Origin: Mobula hypostoma
Taxonomy: Eukaryota
NCBI RefSeq assembly: GCF_963921235.1
Contig: NC_086108.1
Coordinates: 27,592,001 to 27,656,000, forward strand
DNA length: 64,000 nt
Direction of reading: 5' to 3'
Position 1 is the stretch's first letter. Each line of letters begins with the position of its first letter. The notes under the pieces are model-generated. The model did no database searches. It saw only the letters and a list, made by a program, of their open reading frames with translations, and was not told where the DNA came from. Made by a program: the position numbers and the translations under genes. Of the stretch, positions 50,991 to 64,000 are shown piece by piece.

Positions 50991-51659
50991 CAGTAAAAAC
51001 CAAAGTGGCTTCTCTCCGAACTTTACCTATCTAAAACTCTAAGTCTACCCTATGTCTCTGTGAAGAACAGGCTCATCACAGGCAGAGACCAAAACATATT
51101 TCTCCATAGTGAGAAGATATAGAAAGCCTGCAATAAAGTTCTGAATCCCCCAGCAATGATCTTGAAAATGTCCTACACAATTTCCATCTGTGCCAAATGG
51201 GTGCAGAGACCAGAACATAAACAGAACAATGGAGACCATTAAATCAGCAATCAGCTAAGTGCCTTTCTTCACTCTGTTTGTAACTGATAAAAACAGTTAA
51301 TGGCCACATGTTTCAAGTCCAACTCTGCTGGTTATCATGGATTTGGAAGCTATGTACTAGATGATGTCTTCAGTGTGATTAATGTATAATGTAGAATGAG
51401 TGTCAGTGGATGGTTGACACGAACTTGGGTGGGCTGAATAGTCTGGTGATGTTAAATATCTCTAGGACTGTCTCTGTGACTCTAATTGCATGGCCAATAA
51501 TATTGGGGCAAATGGCTTGAAGTGTCCAGCCAATAATCCAATGGTTAATAATCAACCCAGAAATAATCAATAGCACACTTTTTATGTCTGATTTACACAT
51601 AAAAATATAAATGAAAATACAAAATACATCAGCTTCTCAGTGTTTGCAGCACTGTATAT

Positions 51660-52392
51660 CTAAATTTCTTGGTGTTCACCTGGTGGAGAATCTCACCTGG
51701 TCCCTCAACACCAGCTCCATAGCAAAGAAAGCCCAGCAGTGAATCTACTTTCTGCGAAGGCTGAGAAAAGTCCATCTCCCACCACCTCCCCCCACCCCCC
51801 CCGTCCTCACCACATTCTACAGAGGTTGTATTGAGAGCTTCCTGAGCAGCTGCATCACTGCCTGGTTCGGAAATTGCACCATCTCGGATCGCAAGACACT
51901 GCAGCGGATAGTGAGGTCAGCTGAGAAGATCATCAGGGTCTCTCATCCCACCATTACAGACATTTACACCACATGCTGCATCCACAAAGCAAACAGCATT
52001 ATGAAGGAACTCACGCACCCCTCATACAAACTCTTCTCCCTTCTGCCATCTGAGCTCTCACGACCAGACTATGTAACAGTTTCTTCCCCCAAGCCATCAG
52101 ACTCCTCAATACCTAGAGCCTGGACTGGCACCAGCCTACTGCCCCCTACTGTGCCTATTGTCTTGTTTATTATTTATTGTAATGTCTGCACTGTTTTGTG
52201 CACTTTATTCAATCCTGGGTAGGTCCGTAGTCTAGTGTAGTTTTTGTGTTGTTTTACGTAGTTCAGTGTAGTTTTTGTATTGTTTCATGTAGCACCATAG
52301 TCCTGAAAAACATTGTCTCATTTTCACTGTGTACTGTACCAGTGATTATGGTCAAAATAACAATAAAAAGTAACTTGACTTGACTTGACTTG
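51660..52392 (+). mobile_element. Rex1/Babar-type LINE 3' part
   Basis: KFLGVHL, LQRIVRSAEKII and THPSYKLFSLLPS; (ACTTG)n tail. Confidence 0.82.
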
Positions 52393-52579
52393 AAATTTCT
52401 TACGTTTATAGTGAGTTTCTGCACAACAAATAAAAGGGCTACAGACTCAGTGAAGATTTTGATTCTGTAAACGGGGAATCACACTATGTCAGTGAGGGTA
52501 CAAAATTTTTTAAAAGTTTCACATCTGATTTTTGGATTTAGCATATCAAGCAAATGACTTCAGCCATCAATCTTCAAAT

Positions 52580-52975
52580 CTGAATATAGTTCTTTTTAAC
52601 TTAGAATATAGAATATATGAATAGAGGAGCGGAGTTGACGACATTAATGAATGTATTCGAACTAATATATTGGTTCAGCCTTGTTTTGTTTTGTTTGCTT
52701 ATTTTGGGTTTAGTCATTAGTTCTATTTTTTTAGGGTTTTTTTCTGGGTTTTTTTTGGGGGGGGGTTTCTTTGCAATGTCCTTTTCTTTTTATTTCTTTT
52801 TTTTCCATGATTAACTATATCAAGAGTTTGAAAGTCTATTACACTTGTACTATTTGTAGCCTTTTTTTATATGTTTATTAACAATAAGATAATTCCAATC
52901 TCTTTGTATCACTATTGTTATCATGTTTATGAACTTGAAAATTAATAAAAAGGTTAAAAAAGAAAGAAAAAAAAG
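52580..52975 (+). mobile_element. L1-clade LINE 3' UTR with poly(A)
   Basis: T/G-rich UTR, AATAAA at 52944 and an A-rich tail. Confidence 0.5.
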
Positions 52976-53374
52976 ATTGTAGATTTAATTTAAAATGCAG
53001 CTCTGAACCACAGGTACCCAAAAGCCTTGAATCAGAGACCAGCTAATGCTGATTAAAATTCATTTAGGTGTCTTTGGTGTGGATGAGAATTGGGAGATGA
53101 GAGGTTTGTATGTAGTTTCAAAGAAAGCATTGCGGATGCATTGCAAAATGGAATTGTTCTTTGATGTTTAGCACACAAAATAATGGGTAGTGTGGGCCAG
53201 CCAGACCTTTCGAGCAAAAGTATCTCAATAAGATGCCTGCTGTATCTTGTTTTGTTGAATAAAGATGCTGCTTCATAAGTACCCGTACTTTCCTCCAATG
53301 ACTTTATTCACACAACAACAACATCTTGGGTGGGTTCCTTAAACAAAATGCAACTGTCAATTTCTCCCTGAAGC

Positions 53375-56300
53375 TCAAGCAAAAATGGAGGGTAAACAGA
53401 TAGAGGTCGTGGACCACGTAGGTCCCAGTGACATAGGTAGGATGAGTGACAAGGTTCTGCATAGGGAGTTCAGGGAGTTAGGTGCTAAGTTAAAGGGTGG
53501 AACCTCCAGGGTTGTGATCTCAGGATTGCTACTCCTGCCACGTGCTAGTGAGGCAAGAACTAGATAGATTTTACAATTTAATATGTGGCTAAGGAGTTGG
53601 TGTAGGAGGGAGGGCATAACATTTTTGAATCATTGGGCTCTCTTCCAGGGAAGGTGAAACCTGTAGGGAGGGGACAGTTTGCATTTGAACTGGAGGGGGA
53701 CCAATATCTTAGCAAGAATATTTGTCAATGCTGCACAGCGGGGTTTAGACTAGTGTTACAAGGTGATGGGAACCAAAGTTAGTGGAGAGGTTGTGGAGGC
53801 CGATGTTGGTAAGACCTCAGACAAAGTCAGGGATCAAAATGTTGAGCATGGTGTGACTAGTGTCCTAAGCTGCAAATGCAAGAGGTATCATTGGAAAGGT
53901 GGATGAGCTCAGGACATTGATCAATACCTGGAATTATGATGTTGTAACTATTAATGAGACTTGGCTGTAGGAGGGGCAGTACTGGTGGCTCAATATTCTG
54001 GAGGTCTGTTGCTTTAAATGTGACAGATTGAGAGGGATTAAAGGAGGATGGCTGGTGTTACTTGTCAGGGAAAATGTCACAGCAGAGCTCTGTCAGGACA
54101 GACTGCAGAACTCGACTAGTGATGCATCATGGGTGGAACTGAATAATAAGAAAGGTATGACCACTCTAATGGGACTATATCACAGACCAACCAAAAGTCC
54201 TAAGAATTTAGAGGAACAAATTTGTAAAGCGATCACAAACTGTTGCCAGAATCATTGGGTTGTTATAGTAGGTGATTTTAACTTTACACATATTGACTGA
54301 GAATTCCATACTGTAAAAGGACTGGATGAGATAGAGTTTGTCAAATATGTTCAGGAAAGGTTCCTTCGTCAGTACGTAGAAGTCCCAATGACAAAGCATG
54401 CAATACTGGATCTGCATTTAGGGAATTAAATAGGACAGGTGACAGATGTTTGTGTAGGGAAACTCGTTGTATCTAGTGGCCACAATGCCAGAAGTTTCAA
54501 AGTAAGTATGCAAAAAGATAGGTCTGGTCTGCAGGCTGAGATTCTAAATTGAAGAAAAGCCAATTTTGATGGTGTCAGAAATGATCTGGCAAATGTGGAT
54601 TGGGACAGGCTATTTTAAGATAAAACTGTAATTGGAAAGCGACAGGCCTTCAAAAATGAAATTTTGTGAATACAAAGCTTGTACTGTATGTGCCTGTCAG
54701 AATAAAAGGTAATGATAACAGATGTAGGGAACCTTGGTTTTCAAGGGATATTGAGACCCTGTTTAAGAGAAAAAAATGAGGTGTATAGCAGGTATAGGCA
54801 AATAGGAACAAATGAGGTGCTTATGAAGTACATGAAATGCAAGAGAACACTTAAAGAAATCAGGAAGGCTAAAAGAAGCCATAAAGTTACTCTAGCAAAC
54901 AAGGTCAAGGTGAATCCTAAAGGATTCTATATGTACGTTAAGAGCAAAAGGATTGCGAAGGACAAAATTGGTCCTCTGGAAGACCAGAATGGTAATCCAT
55001 GTGTGGAACCAAAATAGTTTGGGGGAGATCTTAAATGCATTCTTTGCATCTGTATTTATTCAGGAGATAGATCCAGACTCTATAGAAGTGAGGCAAAGTA
55101 ACATCAACTTCATGGACCCTGTACGGATTACAGAGGAGGTGGTGTTTGCTACCCTGTGGCAAATCCAGGTGGATAAATCCCCAGGGCCTGACAAGGTGTT
55201 CCCTTGGACCCTATAGGAGGCAAATGCAGAAATTGCCAGGGTCATAGCAGAAATATTTAAGACATTCTAAGAGACAAAAGAGATACCAGAGGATGGGGGG
55301 GATTCCAAATGTTGTTTCCACAGTTTAAAAAAGGCTCTAAATAGAAACCAGCAAATTATAGGCCACTGAGTCTGACATCAGTTGTGGGAAAGTTATCAGA
55401 AAATATTCTAAGAGACCAGATATATAAGTATTTGATTAGACGTGGAATGGGCTATTTTTAACCAACCTTATAGAGTTTGTTGAGGATGTTACTGGGAAAG
55501 TGGACGAAGGCAAGGCGGAGGATGTTGTCTACATGGACTTTAGTAAGGCATTTGAGAAGGTCCTGCATGGGAGGCTGGTCAAGAAGGTTCAGTCGCTCGG
55601 CATTCAGGATGAGGTAGTAAATTAGATTAGACATTGGCTTTGAGGGAGAAGCCAGAGAGTGCTAGTAGAGGGTTGCCTCTGACTGGAGCCCTGTGACTTG
55701 TGGTATGCCACAGGGATCAGTGCTGGGTCCTTTGTCGTTTGTCATTTATATCAATGATCAGGATGATAATGTGGTTAACTGGATCAGCAAATTTGCGGAT
55801 GACACCAAGACTGGTAGGGGGGAGGTGTAGTGGACAGTGAGGAAGGATAATAGGGCTTGCAGAGGGATCTGCATCAGCTTGAAAATGGGTTGAAAAATGT
55901 AGATGGAAATTAATGCAGACAAGTGTGAGCTTTTGCACTTCGGTAGGACCAACAAGCATAGGTCTTACACAGTGAACAGTAGGGCACTAAAGAACATGGT
56001 AGGATAAAGGGATCTTGGAATACAAGTGCTTAATTAATTGAAATTGGTGTCTCAGGTAGATTGGGTCATAAAGGAAGCTTTTGGCACACTGGCCTTTATA
56101 AGTCAATATTATGAGTACAGAAGATGGGGTATTATGTAAAAGTTGTATTAGACGCTGGTGAGGCCTAATTTGGAGAATCGTCTGTGGTTCTGGTCACCTA
56201 CCTACAGGAAAGATGTAAACAAAGATGAAAGAGTGCAGGGGAAAATTACAAGGATGTTGCCAGGTCTGGAGGACCTGAGCTATATGGCAAGATTGAATAG

Positions 56301-56700
56301 GTTTGGACTGTTTTCTTTAGAACATAGAAGATTGAGAGAAGATTTGATAAAGGGATACAGATAGAGTAAATACAAGCAGGCTTTTTCCACTGAGGCTGGA
56401 TGTGACTATAGCCAGAGGTCATAGCTTAAGGATGAAAGGTGAAAAATTTAAGGGCAACATGAGAGGAAACTTCTTCACTCTGAGGGATTGTGAGAGTGTG
56501 GAATAAGCTGCCAGCACAAGTGGTGCATGTGAGCTTGATTTCAATGTTTAAGAGAAGTTTGGATCAATACATAGATAATAGGGACATGGAGGACTACAGT
56601 CCAGGTGCAGGTCATTGGAAGTAGGCAGTTTAAATGGTCTCTGCCTGGAACAGAGGGGCCGAAGTGCCTGTTTCTGTGCTGCGCTTCTCAATGACTCTGA
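53375..56700 (+). mobile_element. Old near-full-length CR1 LINE (esterase-type ORF1, endonuclease, RT), heavily decayed
   Basis: ORF1 VVDHVGPSDIGR / VVISGLL / DSLHLN (SGNH-like); ORF2 VGDFN, KSPGPD, DFSKAF, QGSVLGP, KFADDTK, RPNLE. Confidence 0.85.
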
Positions 56701-57092
56701 AAGTTTAACTGGAAGGAACTTTAATGATGCTGAAATATTCAGGAGATCAAACAGCAATCAAGGAGAGAAGACATAGAAATAATGTTTTATGTTGCTAAAT
56801 TTTCAACTGGATTCTATTAAAAGTCACAAACAAGAGAAAATCTGCAGATGCTGGACATCCGAGTAACACACACAAAATGCTGGAGGAGCTCAGGCTAAAA
56901 CGTCGACTGTACACTTTTCAATAGATGCCGCCTGGCCTGCCGAGTTCCTACAGTATTTTGTATCTATTACAAGTACATCAACCAAAAACATTACCACATT
57001 CTCTTTTTTTTTGTTTCCAATGATATTTTCTGACCTGCTCAATATCTCTTAGAGTATTCTGCTTTCTCGTATTTGCACTTAATTATTTTTCT

Positions 57093-60000
57093 TTTTTTTC
57101 GTAATTTATTTTTTATTGAAGTTCATCATCAAACAAACATTTCCATAAAATGTATTTCAGATATTGTACATATATATCATATAGTCATATTTGTGTCAAA
57201 TTTCCACATAATATTTATCTGAGGATATTTATATAGTATTTATAGAAAAGAGAGGAAAGATAGAACAATCAAAAGAAGAAAACTATGTACAAAGTAGGGA
57301 GTGATCATTTTTTACAATGTATTCATTGACTTGTGAGAATAAAACCAGGCTAATGAGGTGTTATGTAGTTAAACCATTTTCCCAGTATGAATCAAATTGT
57401 TCCAACGTATGATTAACAGATGCTGTTATCTTCTCCATTTTATGAATGTCCATTGGAATTTCCATCCATACATTTAAAGTTGGGCTCTCCTGTGATAACC
57501 ATTTCCTGGTAAGGGTCTTCTTACCAGCCACTAGCAGTATATTCATTAAATATTTATCTCTTTTCAACCATTCTTAAGGTATATACCCAAAATATATGGT
57601 CTTACTCTCTAAGGGTATTTCACATTTAAAGATGTCTTGTAGGGCATTATGTATCCCACTCCAATAGTCTTTGATAATGGGGCATTCCCAGAAAATATGA
57701 TAATGGTTTACATTTTGATTTCCACAATTTCTCCAGCAAACAGGGAGGTTACTATCATAATGGGATTTTGAGAGGGTGTAATAAAATATCTTATCAAGTT
57801 TTTCCACCCGAACTCCCTCCATTTCTGTGAACTGGTACACTTCCATTGATATCTCCATATTATTTTCCATTCTTCCTCAGATATCACTATCTCTCCTTCC
57901 TTCTCCCATTTTGTTTTAATGTATGAAGTTGAATGTGTTTTAAGATTTGACAAATCCTTATACATGCTAGAAATGATTCTACTACTGTTGTCTGAATTAT
58001 ATGCTTTTCTAAATAGCTCTATCAAACATGTACTTGCCTTGGTTACATTTTTAACCATCCTATTAACATACTGTTGCATCTGTAAATACCGATAAAAGTC
58101 TTGTTTTTCTGGTAAGTGTTTCTCTTTGAGCATTTCAAAGCTGAACAGTGTTCCTTCTTTCATTATACTGCAAATAGCTGTTATTCCTTTAGCTGTCCAG
58201 TCCTTAAATCTAGCATCCGAATTATTCGGCGTAAAATCGAGTCATGTGCACATCATTTAAGAATTGCAATGTCTCTCTCTAGTTTATATTCTTTGATAAT
58301 AGTTTTCCATATTTTAAGAGTCCATTTCACCCATGGGTTATCAATATTATTTATGTAACTTTGTAGGTTGTTATCAGCCAAAATTGCCTGTATGGGGATG
58401 GAAAGCATCCTCTCCTCAATGTTTTTCCATTGAGCTGTACATGATGGGTTGCACCAGCATGTCACAGCTCTCAACTGTGCCGCAAAATAGTTATCTCTAA
58501 GAGAAGGTAGGCCCCATCCCCCCTTTTCCTTGGCTAATTGCAAAGTTTTGAGACAGACTCTAGGCCTTTTACCTTGCCATATATATCTTGATAGCATCTT
58601 GTTCCATTCATTGAATTGATTTCGGTTAATCTCTATTGGTAGGGTCTGAAAGAGATATAGTAGTCTGGGCAGTATATTCATTTTAATAGATTCAATCCTT
58701 GAACTGAGACCAAGAAAAGGAATTATGTTCCATCTTGTTATATCTTCCTTAATTTTTTATATATATAGGCTGATAATTGCATTCTGACAATTTTGCCAAA
58801 TCTTTTGGCATAATGAGGCCCAAATATTTGACAGCCTCTGTTTGCCATGCCCAAGGATATCTATTTTCAATTTCTCTTGGTGGGCTATAGTTATATGAAA
58901 GTAGTTGGGTTTTATCTATGTACCCTGATAATTGGCCATATTGTTCAAAGGATTGCATCGATTTAGGTAAAGAGTATATTGGTTGCCCTAGATAGGTCAA
59001 AATGTCATCTGTGTAACAGGCCAAATTATGCTCTGTCCCTTTAATAGTAATTCCCCTGATATCTTCATTTTGTCTGATGTGTTGAGCTAATGGTTCCAGA
59101 TATAATGCGAAGAGTAGCGGTGACCATGCACAACCCTGTCTCGTGCCCCTTTCTAGGGTAAAACTATTAGATTAATATCCATTACTTTTAATCCTGGCAG
59201 TAGGATTGCCGTATAGTGCCTGTATAGTTTTGATAATTGTGTCATGTAGACCAAATCTATGTAAAACTCTGTAAAAAAAATTCCAATTAACCGGATCAAA
59301 TGCCTTTTCAGCATCCACGCTTATCACTATTGCTTCAATTTCATTTTTTTAATATGATCCATAATGTGAAGTGTCCTTCGTATATTGTCTTGTGTTTGGC
59401 ATTGTTGTATAAAACCTGTCTGATGATTATGTACCAGTGTGGGTAGAAACTCTTCTAATCCTGTGGCCATAATGGAGGTAAATAATCTATAATTCACATT
59501 AAGAACAGATATTGGTCTAAATGACCCACATTCCATTTTATCCTTGCCTTCTTTTGGTATAGCTGAGATTATCGCCTCCTTCCAGCTGGGTGGCATTTGT
59601 GCTTTTCTTAGAGCCCGGTTCAGCGTGCGGAGCAAAACAGGAATTAACTCACTTCTAAACTCTTTATACCACTCTGCTGTATATCCATCTATCCAGGTGA
59701 CTTGCTTAATTTAAGCCTATTAATTGCAGTTTTTTGTTCAGCTTCAGTTATGTCAGCAGTCATCGTTCTATTTTGTTATTTTCTTAAAATGGGTAACTCC
59801 AAAGAATTCAGGAAGGTGTCAATCTGGGCTGTGCTTCCCCCTGGAGCTTTGGAATATAGAGTTTTGTAAAACATTTCGAAAGCTTCTTGAATTTCCCTTA
59901 GCTTTTTTTTAATCACTTTTTTTCTTGGATCCCCAATTCTATGAATTGTATTTTCTGCTATCTTTTTTTTCAGTTTCCATGCCAGTATTTTCATAGCTTT

Positions 60001-61438
60001 AGATCCAATTTCACAGTGTCTCTGTTTCAGAAACATTAAATTTTTTCTAATTTCTTGTGTAGCAAAACTATTAATTTCATTCCTAATTTTTTAAATTTCC
60101 TCTAGTGTATCCTGTGCCAAACTCAATTTGTGTTTTTTTCTAGTTCCTTTGGCTTATTTTGTAATTCCTCTAATGTTTTATTCCTTTTTTTTCTTATATG
60201 AAGATATCGCTATAATTTTCCTTCTTAAGACAGTCTTCAGAATATCCCATAGAATGGGAGGTGAAACCTCACCTTTATCATTGAATTCTAAGTAAAGACC
60301 AATTTCTTTTTTAATTTGTTCCTTAAAATAGGTATCATTGAGTAGACTTGAATTTAGTTTCCAAATAGTATTCTTTGGTTGTAGGTCAAAATCAACAGAT
60401 AAATACATAGGTGCATGGTCACTTACATCTACTCTCCCAATTCCATAGGTGTTTATTTTGTCTTTATCTTTTCCAAATGTTATGAAATAGTCTATTCTTG
60501 TACATACGGAATGGGGGCAGGGGGCAGAATAATGAGTGTAATCCCTTCTGTCGGGGAAAAGGTCCCTCTATATATCAATTAGATCAATATCCTCAAAAAG
60601 CGTGTTAACTTTCTTATGTAAGGACTTTGTTTCATAAGTTTTTCTATTGGAAGAGTCTAACTTTGGTTGTAATTGTAAATTTAAGTATCCCCCATATATC
60701 AAGGGACCTTTTGTTTCCGTTACCATAACATTAGTAATTTTCTGGAAGAAACTAATATGACTTCCTGTGGGTGCATATATATTCAATAAAGTAACTGGAT
60801 TTCCATCTATATTCCCCCTTACCAGAATATATCTGCCCTCCTTATCTCCCATTTCGAATACTTTTTCAAAATTTAGCTTGCTTGAGATGAGAATAGCAAC
60901 TCCTCTTCTATGTCCTGATTTATATGAGGAGAAAAACAAATTAGTTAAACCCATTCTCTTTAGTTTTCCATGCTCATTATCACTTAAGTGAGTTTCCTGT
61001 AAATATGTTCTATGGGCCTGTTCTTTTTTCATTTTTGATAGAATTTTACTTCGTTTGATTGGATTTAACAGCCCATTGACATTAAAAGAAATGAAATTTT
61101 ACTTTGTCCTTAGCCATGTGTATTTATCTGTTAGTATATCACTGAGATTTGCAGAATAACCAATTTCCCCCGGGATCAATAAAGAATGACTATGACTATG
61201 ACTATATAACTTAATCATCTACTCCCTGAACAAATAAGAACCAAGAAACACGAATAATTTAAAAAAAGTTAACAAAGGTGTGATTCCAAAGCTGGGGTCT
61301 CTAGATGACCCTGAGTTGAGCTAGAAGAAATGTCTATCTGTGGGGGATAGCCCCTCCTACCTGTGAGTTGAGGGCCCCCGCTGCAGTACCTATAAAAGTA
61401 AGTATGTCCATTACACAGAAATGATTCCCCTGTGTATT

Positions 61439-61472
<34 letters not shown>

Positions 61473-62774
61473 TCTCATTTAGGTGCAGAAAAAGGAATGA
61501 ATGAATTAATTTTTAAAAATTGAGTAATATAAGTTCCACATTTTAATATGTATTTCTGGAGATAGGTATATCACCGTCTATTTTTGCTTCCGTTTAGTTT
61601 ATCAGCACTTTTAAAGTTAGACAAACCTTACGGTTCTTCTGAAGGAGGTGAGGGCTGTCTTCTGAGAAATCACAGTCTCTTCCTAATATCCATCTCTCGT
61701 CCTCCTCCCATCCTCTGCTTTCTCGGTTCTCTTACTATTTGCCAAGCATATTGGGATAACTGCTCAGTCAGGCTTTCCCTTGGTTTGACCACGCTAACGG
61801 GCAATCCTCTGTTCTTCATGTCTGTAGTCGCCTCAGCCACTATCTGATATAGCTGTATCCCTCCTTCATAAAATACTCTCAGTTTAATAGGGTATGGGGT
61901 TTAGAATTTAGTCCTTTCTTGCTTTAATATTTGTTTCACTTCAGAATATTCCTTCCGATTCTGTAGGACCGCCGAGGGGTAATCATGATCGAAATATATT
62001 AACTTCCCATTCCAAAACACCCTCTTCTTACCCCAGGCCCTTTGTAGAATCACTGCCTTGCTCTTGAATCGAAGGAATCTAAGTACTATTGAGCGCAGCT
62101 TACTTTCTGTGTCTCCGAGAGACCTCGGGACGAGCACACGATGCGCCCTCTCAGTTTCAATCTCCATAGTCGGGAGAATCTCCTGTGCTTCCTGCAGCAA
62201 CTTTTCTACAAACTCCATCATCGACAAACCCTCCACTCCTTCGGGAACATTATTCCTGATATTTTTCTATCGCAATCTTCCCTCCTGGTCAAGCAATTTA
62301 CTCTCCTGTTGATTTAGAATTTTTATTGTCTTACTTAGAATTCGTTCCACGTTTTGCACGCGATCTTCCACCTTCTCAATTCGAGTCTCTGCCACCGCTA
62401 TTTTCCGATTGACATTGCTGAGCTCTGACTTTATATCATTTAGTTGCTGTTTTATATCTTTTTGGACTTCCTTTAACTCTTCCAGAATTTTTATCATATT
62501 TGCCGCTTCACCTGAACAAGGCCCCATGTCAGCTTCGCCACCACGTGCACGTATAGGAGAGCCGCTCGTTGTACCTCTCTGTCCCAAGGCTCCGCAGTGA
62601 TGCTTTTTTATCTCCATTCTTTTTCCCCATTCTTGCCCCCCTTATCAATTCTGATATTTTTGGAAGATCTTATATTTGATGGATTAACAGGCCAAAATAT
62701 GCGTTTTTCCAGAGGAGCTATTGATTTAGACGATTGATTTAGCTATTGATTCTGGACGATGAAATCACTGGAAC
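57093..62774 (-). mobile_element. Full-length L1-clade LINE (ORF1 ~62630-61628, ORF2 ~61117-57361), inactivated
   Basis: ORF1 coiled coil plus IETERAHR...IYFDHDY; ORF2 [44 protein letters not shown]; perfect 19-bp TSD TGCACTTAATTATTTTTCT (57074-57092 / 62775-62793). Confidence 0.93.
61446..61472. repeat. (AT)n microsatellite in the L1 inter-ORF spacer
   Basis: Direct observation. Confidence 0.9.
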
Positions 62775-63769
62775 TGCACTTAATTATTTTTCTATAGACT
62801 AAACTGACATGCTTTACAAAAATCTTACGCTTATTTAAAAAAAAATTGAATATCCTGTTGTTACAGTCTATACAGGTTATGGGCATTTTACATTTATATA
62901 TATAATTTTTCCCTTACCTATGTGCCACCAGAAAGAATTTTTCATTGCCCAACAAGGCTGCACAGGTGTCCCATCATTGATTCACAGACCAACTTATGTG
63001 TCAGATTAAGTCAGATGGAAATAACTTCATCTTTGCCAGAATATTTTTTGTATTCAAGTTGCATTATAGACTTGGGAATATGATGTCAGCTGAAAGTTTG
63101 GTGAATTGTTCTGAGGGGACACTCATCAGTATAAGGTAAGACTCTGATTCACTATTGAAGGAGGATTGACACATCGTTCTCATCAAACAAGTTAGTTATG
63201 TAGCCATAATAGAGAATGAAGTGGAAATACATAGCTGAGGTACATTAAATGTAGCAGCTCCAGAAGGCGGCTGGGAGGAGTAGAGGGTACTTTGGGCAGT
63301 ATGGGGTAGAGTTGAAGAGATGATTGGGAAGCATGGGGAGGAAATTGATGCTGCCAGTGATGACTTGAGAAAAGGGAGGTGGTTGCCTCAATAATTTGGG
63401 AGTAGTGTGGAGATTCAGCAGTGAAGGAGAAGTCCAAGGGAAACTCTGTGGAGACAGTAGTAAATGCAGATGGTGGTATGCAGAGCAGCAAAAAATCTGC
63501 TGGATGAACAGTTCTGCTCAACCCATGAAGAGCACTGGGGAGCCATAATAATTTCCACTGATGGAAGCAGTCACTAAAGGGGAGAGGCGATGGGAGATTA
63601 CACACTGAGGAAAGTAAATAAATTAAATTCCCTAGCAAAGGTCTCCCTAGTGCTGGACCTTATAGCTCACATTAGAATAGGGTAAATCATTGAAAGTTAG
63701 CATATGATTCCAACAAATAATTAAGAAGGAAAATTGAAAGAGGATCTCAAGCTTTCCTGGTATATATAA

Positions 63770-63860
63770 CAAATAAACTCTTCTCAGGCTTCCAGCCAGG
63801 TACAGACATCAATTATAACTGACGTTTCAATAAGAAACTGCCATCTTCTTCAAGGATGAA
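63770..63860 (-). mobile_element. Penelope-type terminal repeat fragment (second family) with degenerate hammerhead
   Basis: Minus strand TTGAAGA-AGATGGCAG...ATT-GAAA-CGTC; related to the palindrome at 40555-40700. Confidence 0.45.
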
Positions 63861-64000
63861 GAAGAAAAATTGTATATCGGTCTTTATTATAAGTAGATTT
63901 GAGCACAAGGTTATTTCTTGCTCCAATTAGCTAAAGCCCTGATGAGAATGCATGTGGATTATGTGTATGCATCTAATCTCCTTACCTAGGAAAAGATATT

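Overview
Vertebrate DNA made almost entirely of transposable elements, with no host exon I can support. The repeat set (CR1 with (TTTCTATG)n tails, Rex1/Babar, L1-clade, Penelope, Gypsy, Tigger, Tc1) suggests a cartilaginous fish, possibly a ray (inference). The main discovery is largely invisible in the ORF track: a heavily decayed endogenous foamy virus (spumaretrovirus) provirus at ~26577-41909. It has two ~1.1-1.2 kb LTRs, a degenerate tRNA-Lys1,2-like PBS, foamy-type gag, a pol lacking RT/RNase H but keeping integrase, foamy-type env, and a ~2.2 kb accessory region with unusual multi-transmembrane relics. About ten younger elements are inserted into it. Also present: a Sleeping Beauty-like Tc1 carrying two right ends (46279-47913), an intact minimal hammerhead ribozyme in a Penelope terminal repeat (13811-13848), a decayed full-length Gypsy, a full-length L1-clade LINE with a 19-bp TSD, and several young CR1 copies. 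All protein comparisons were made by eye against reference sequences recalled from memory and need database confirmation.
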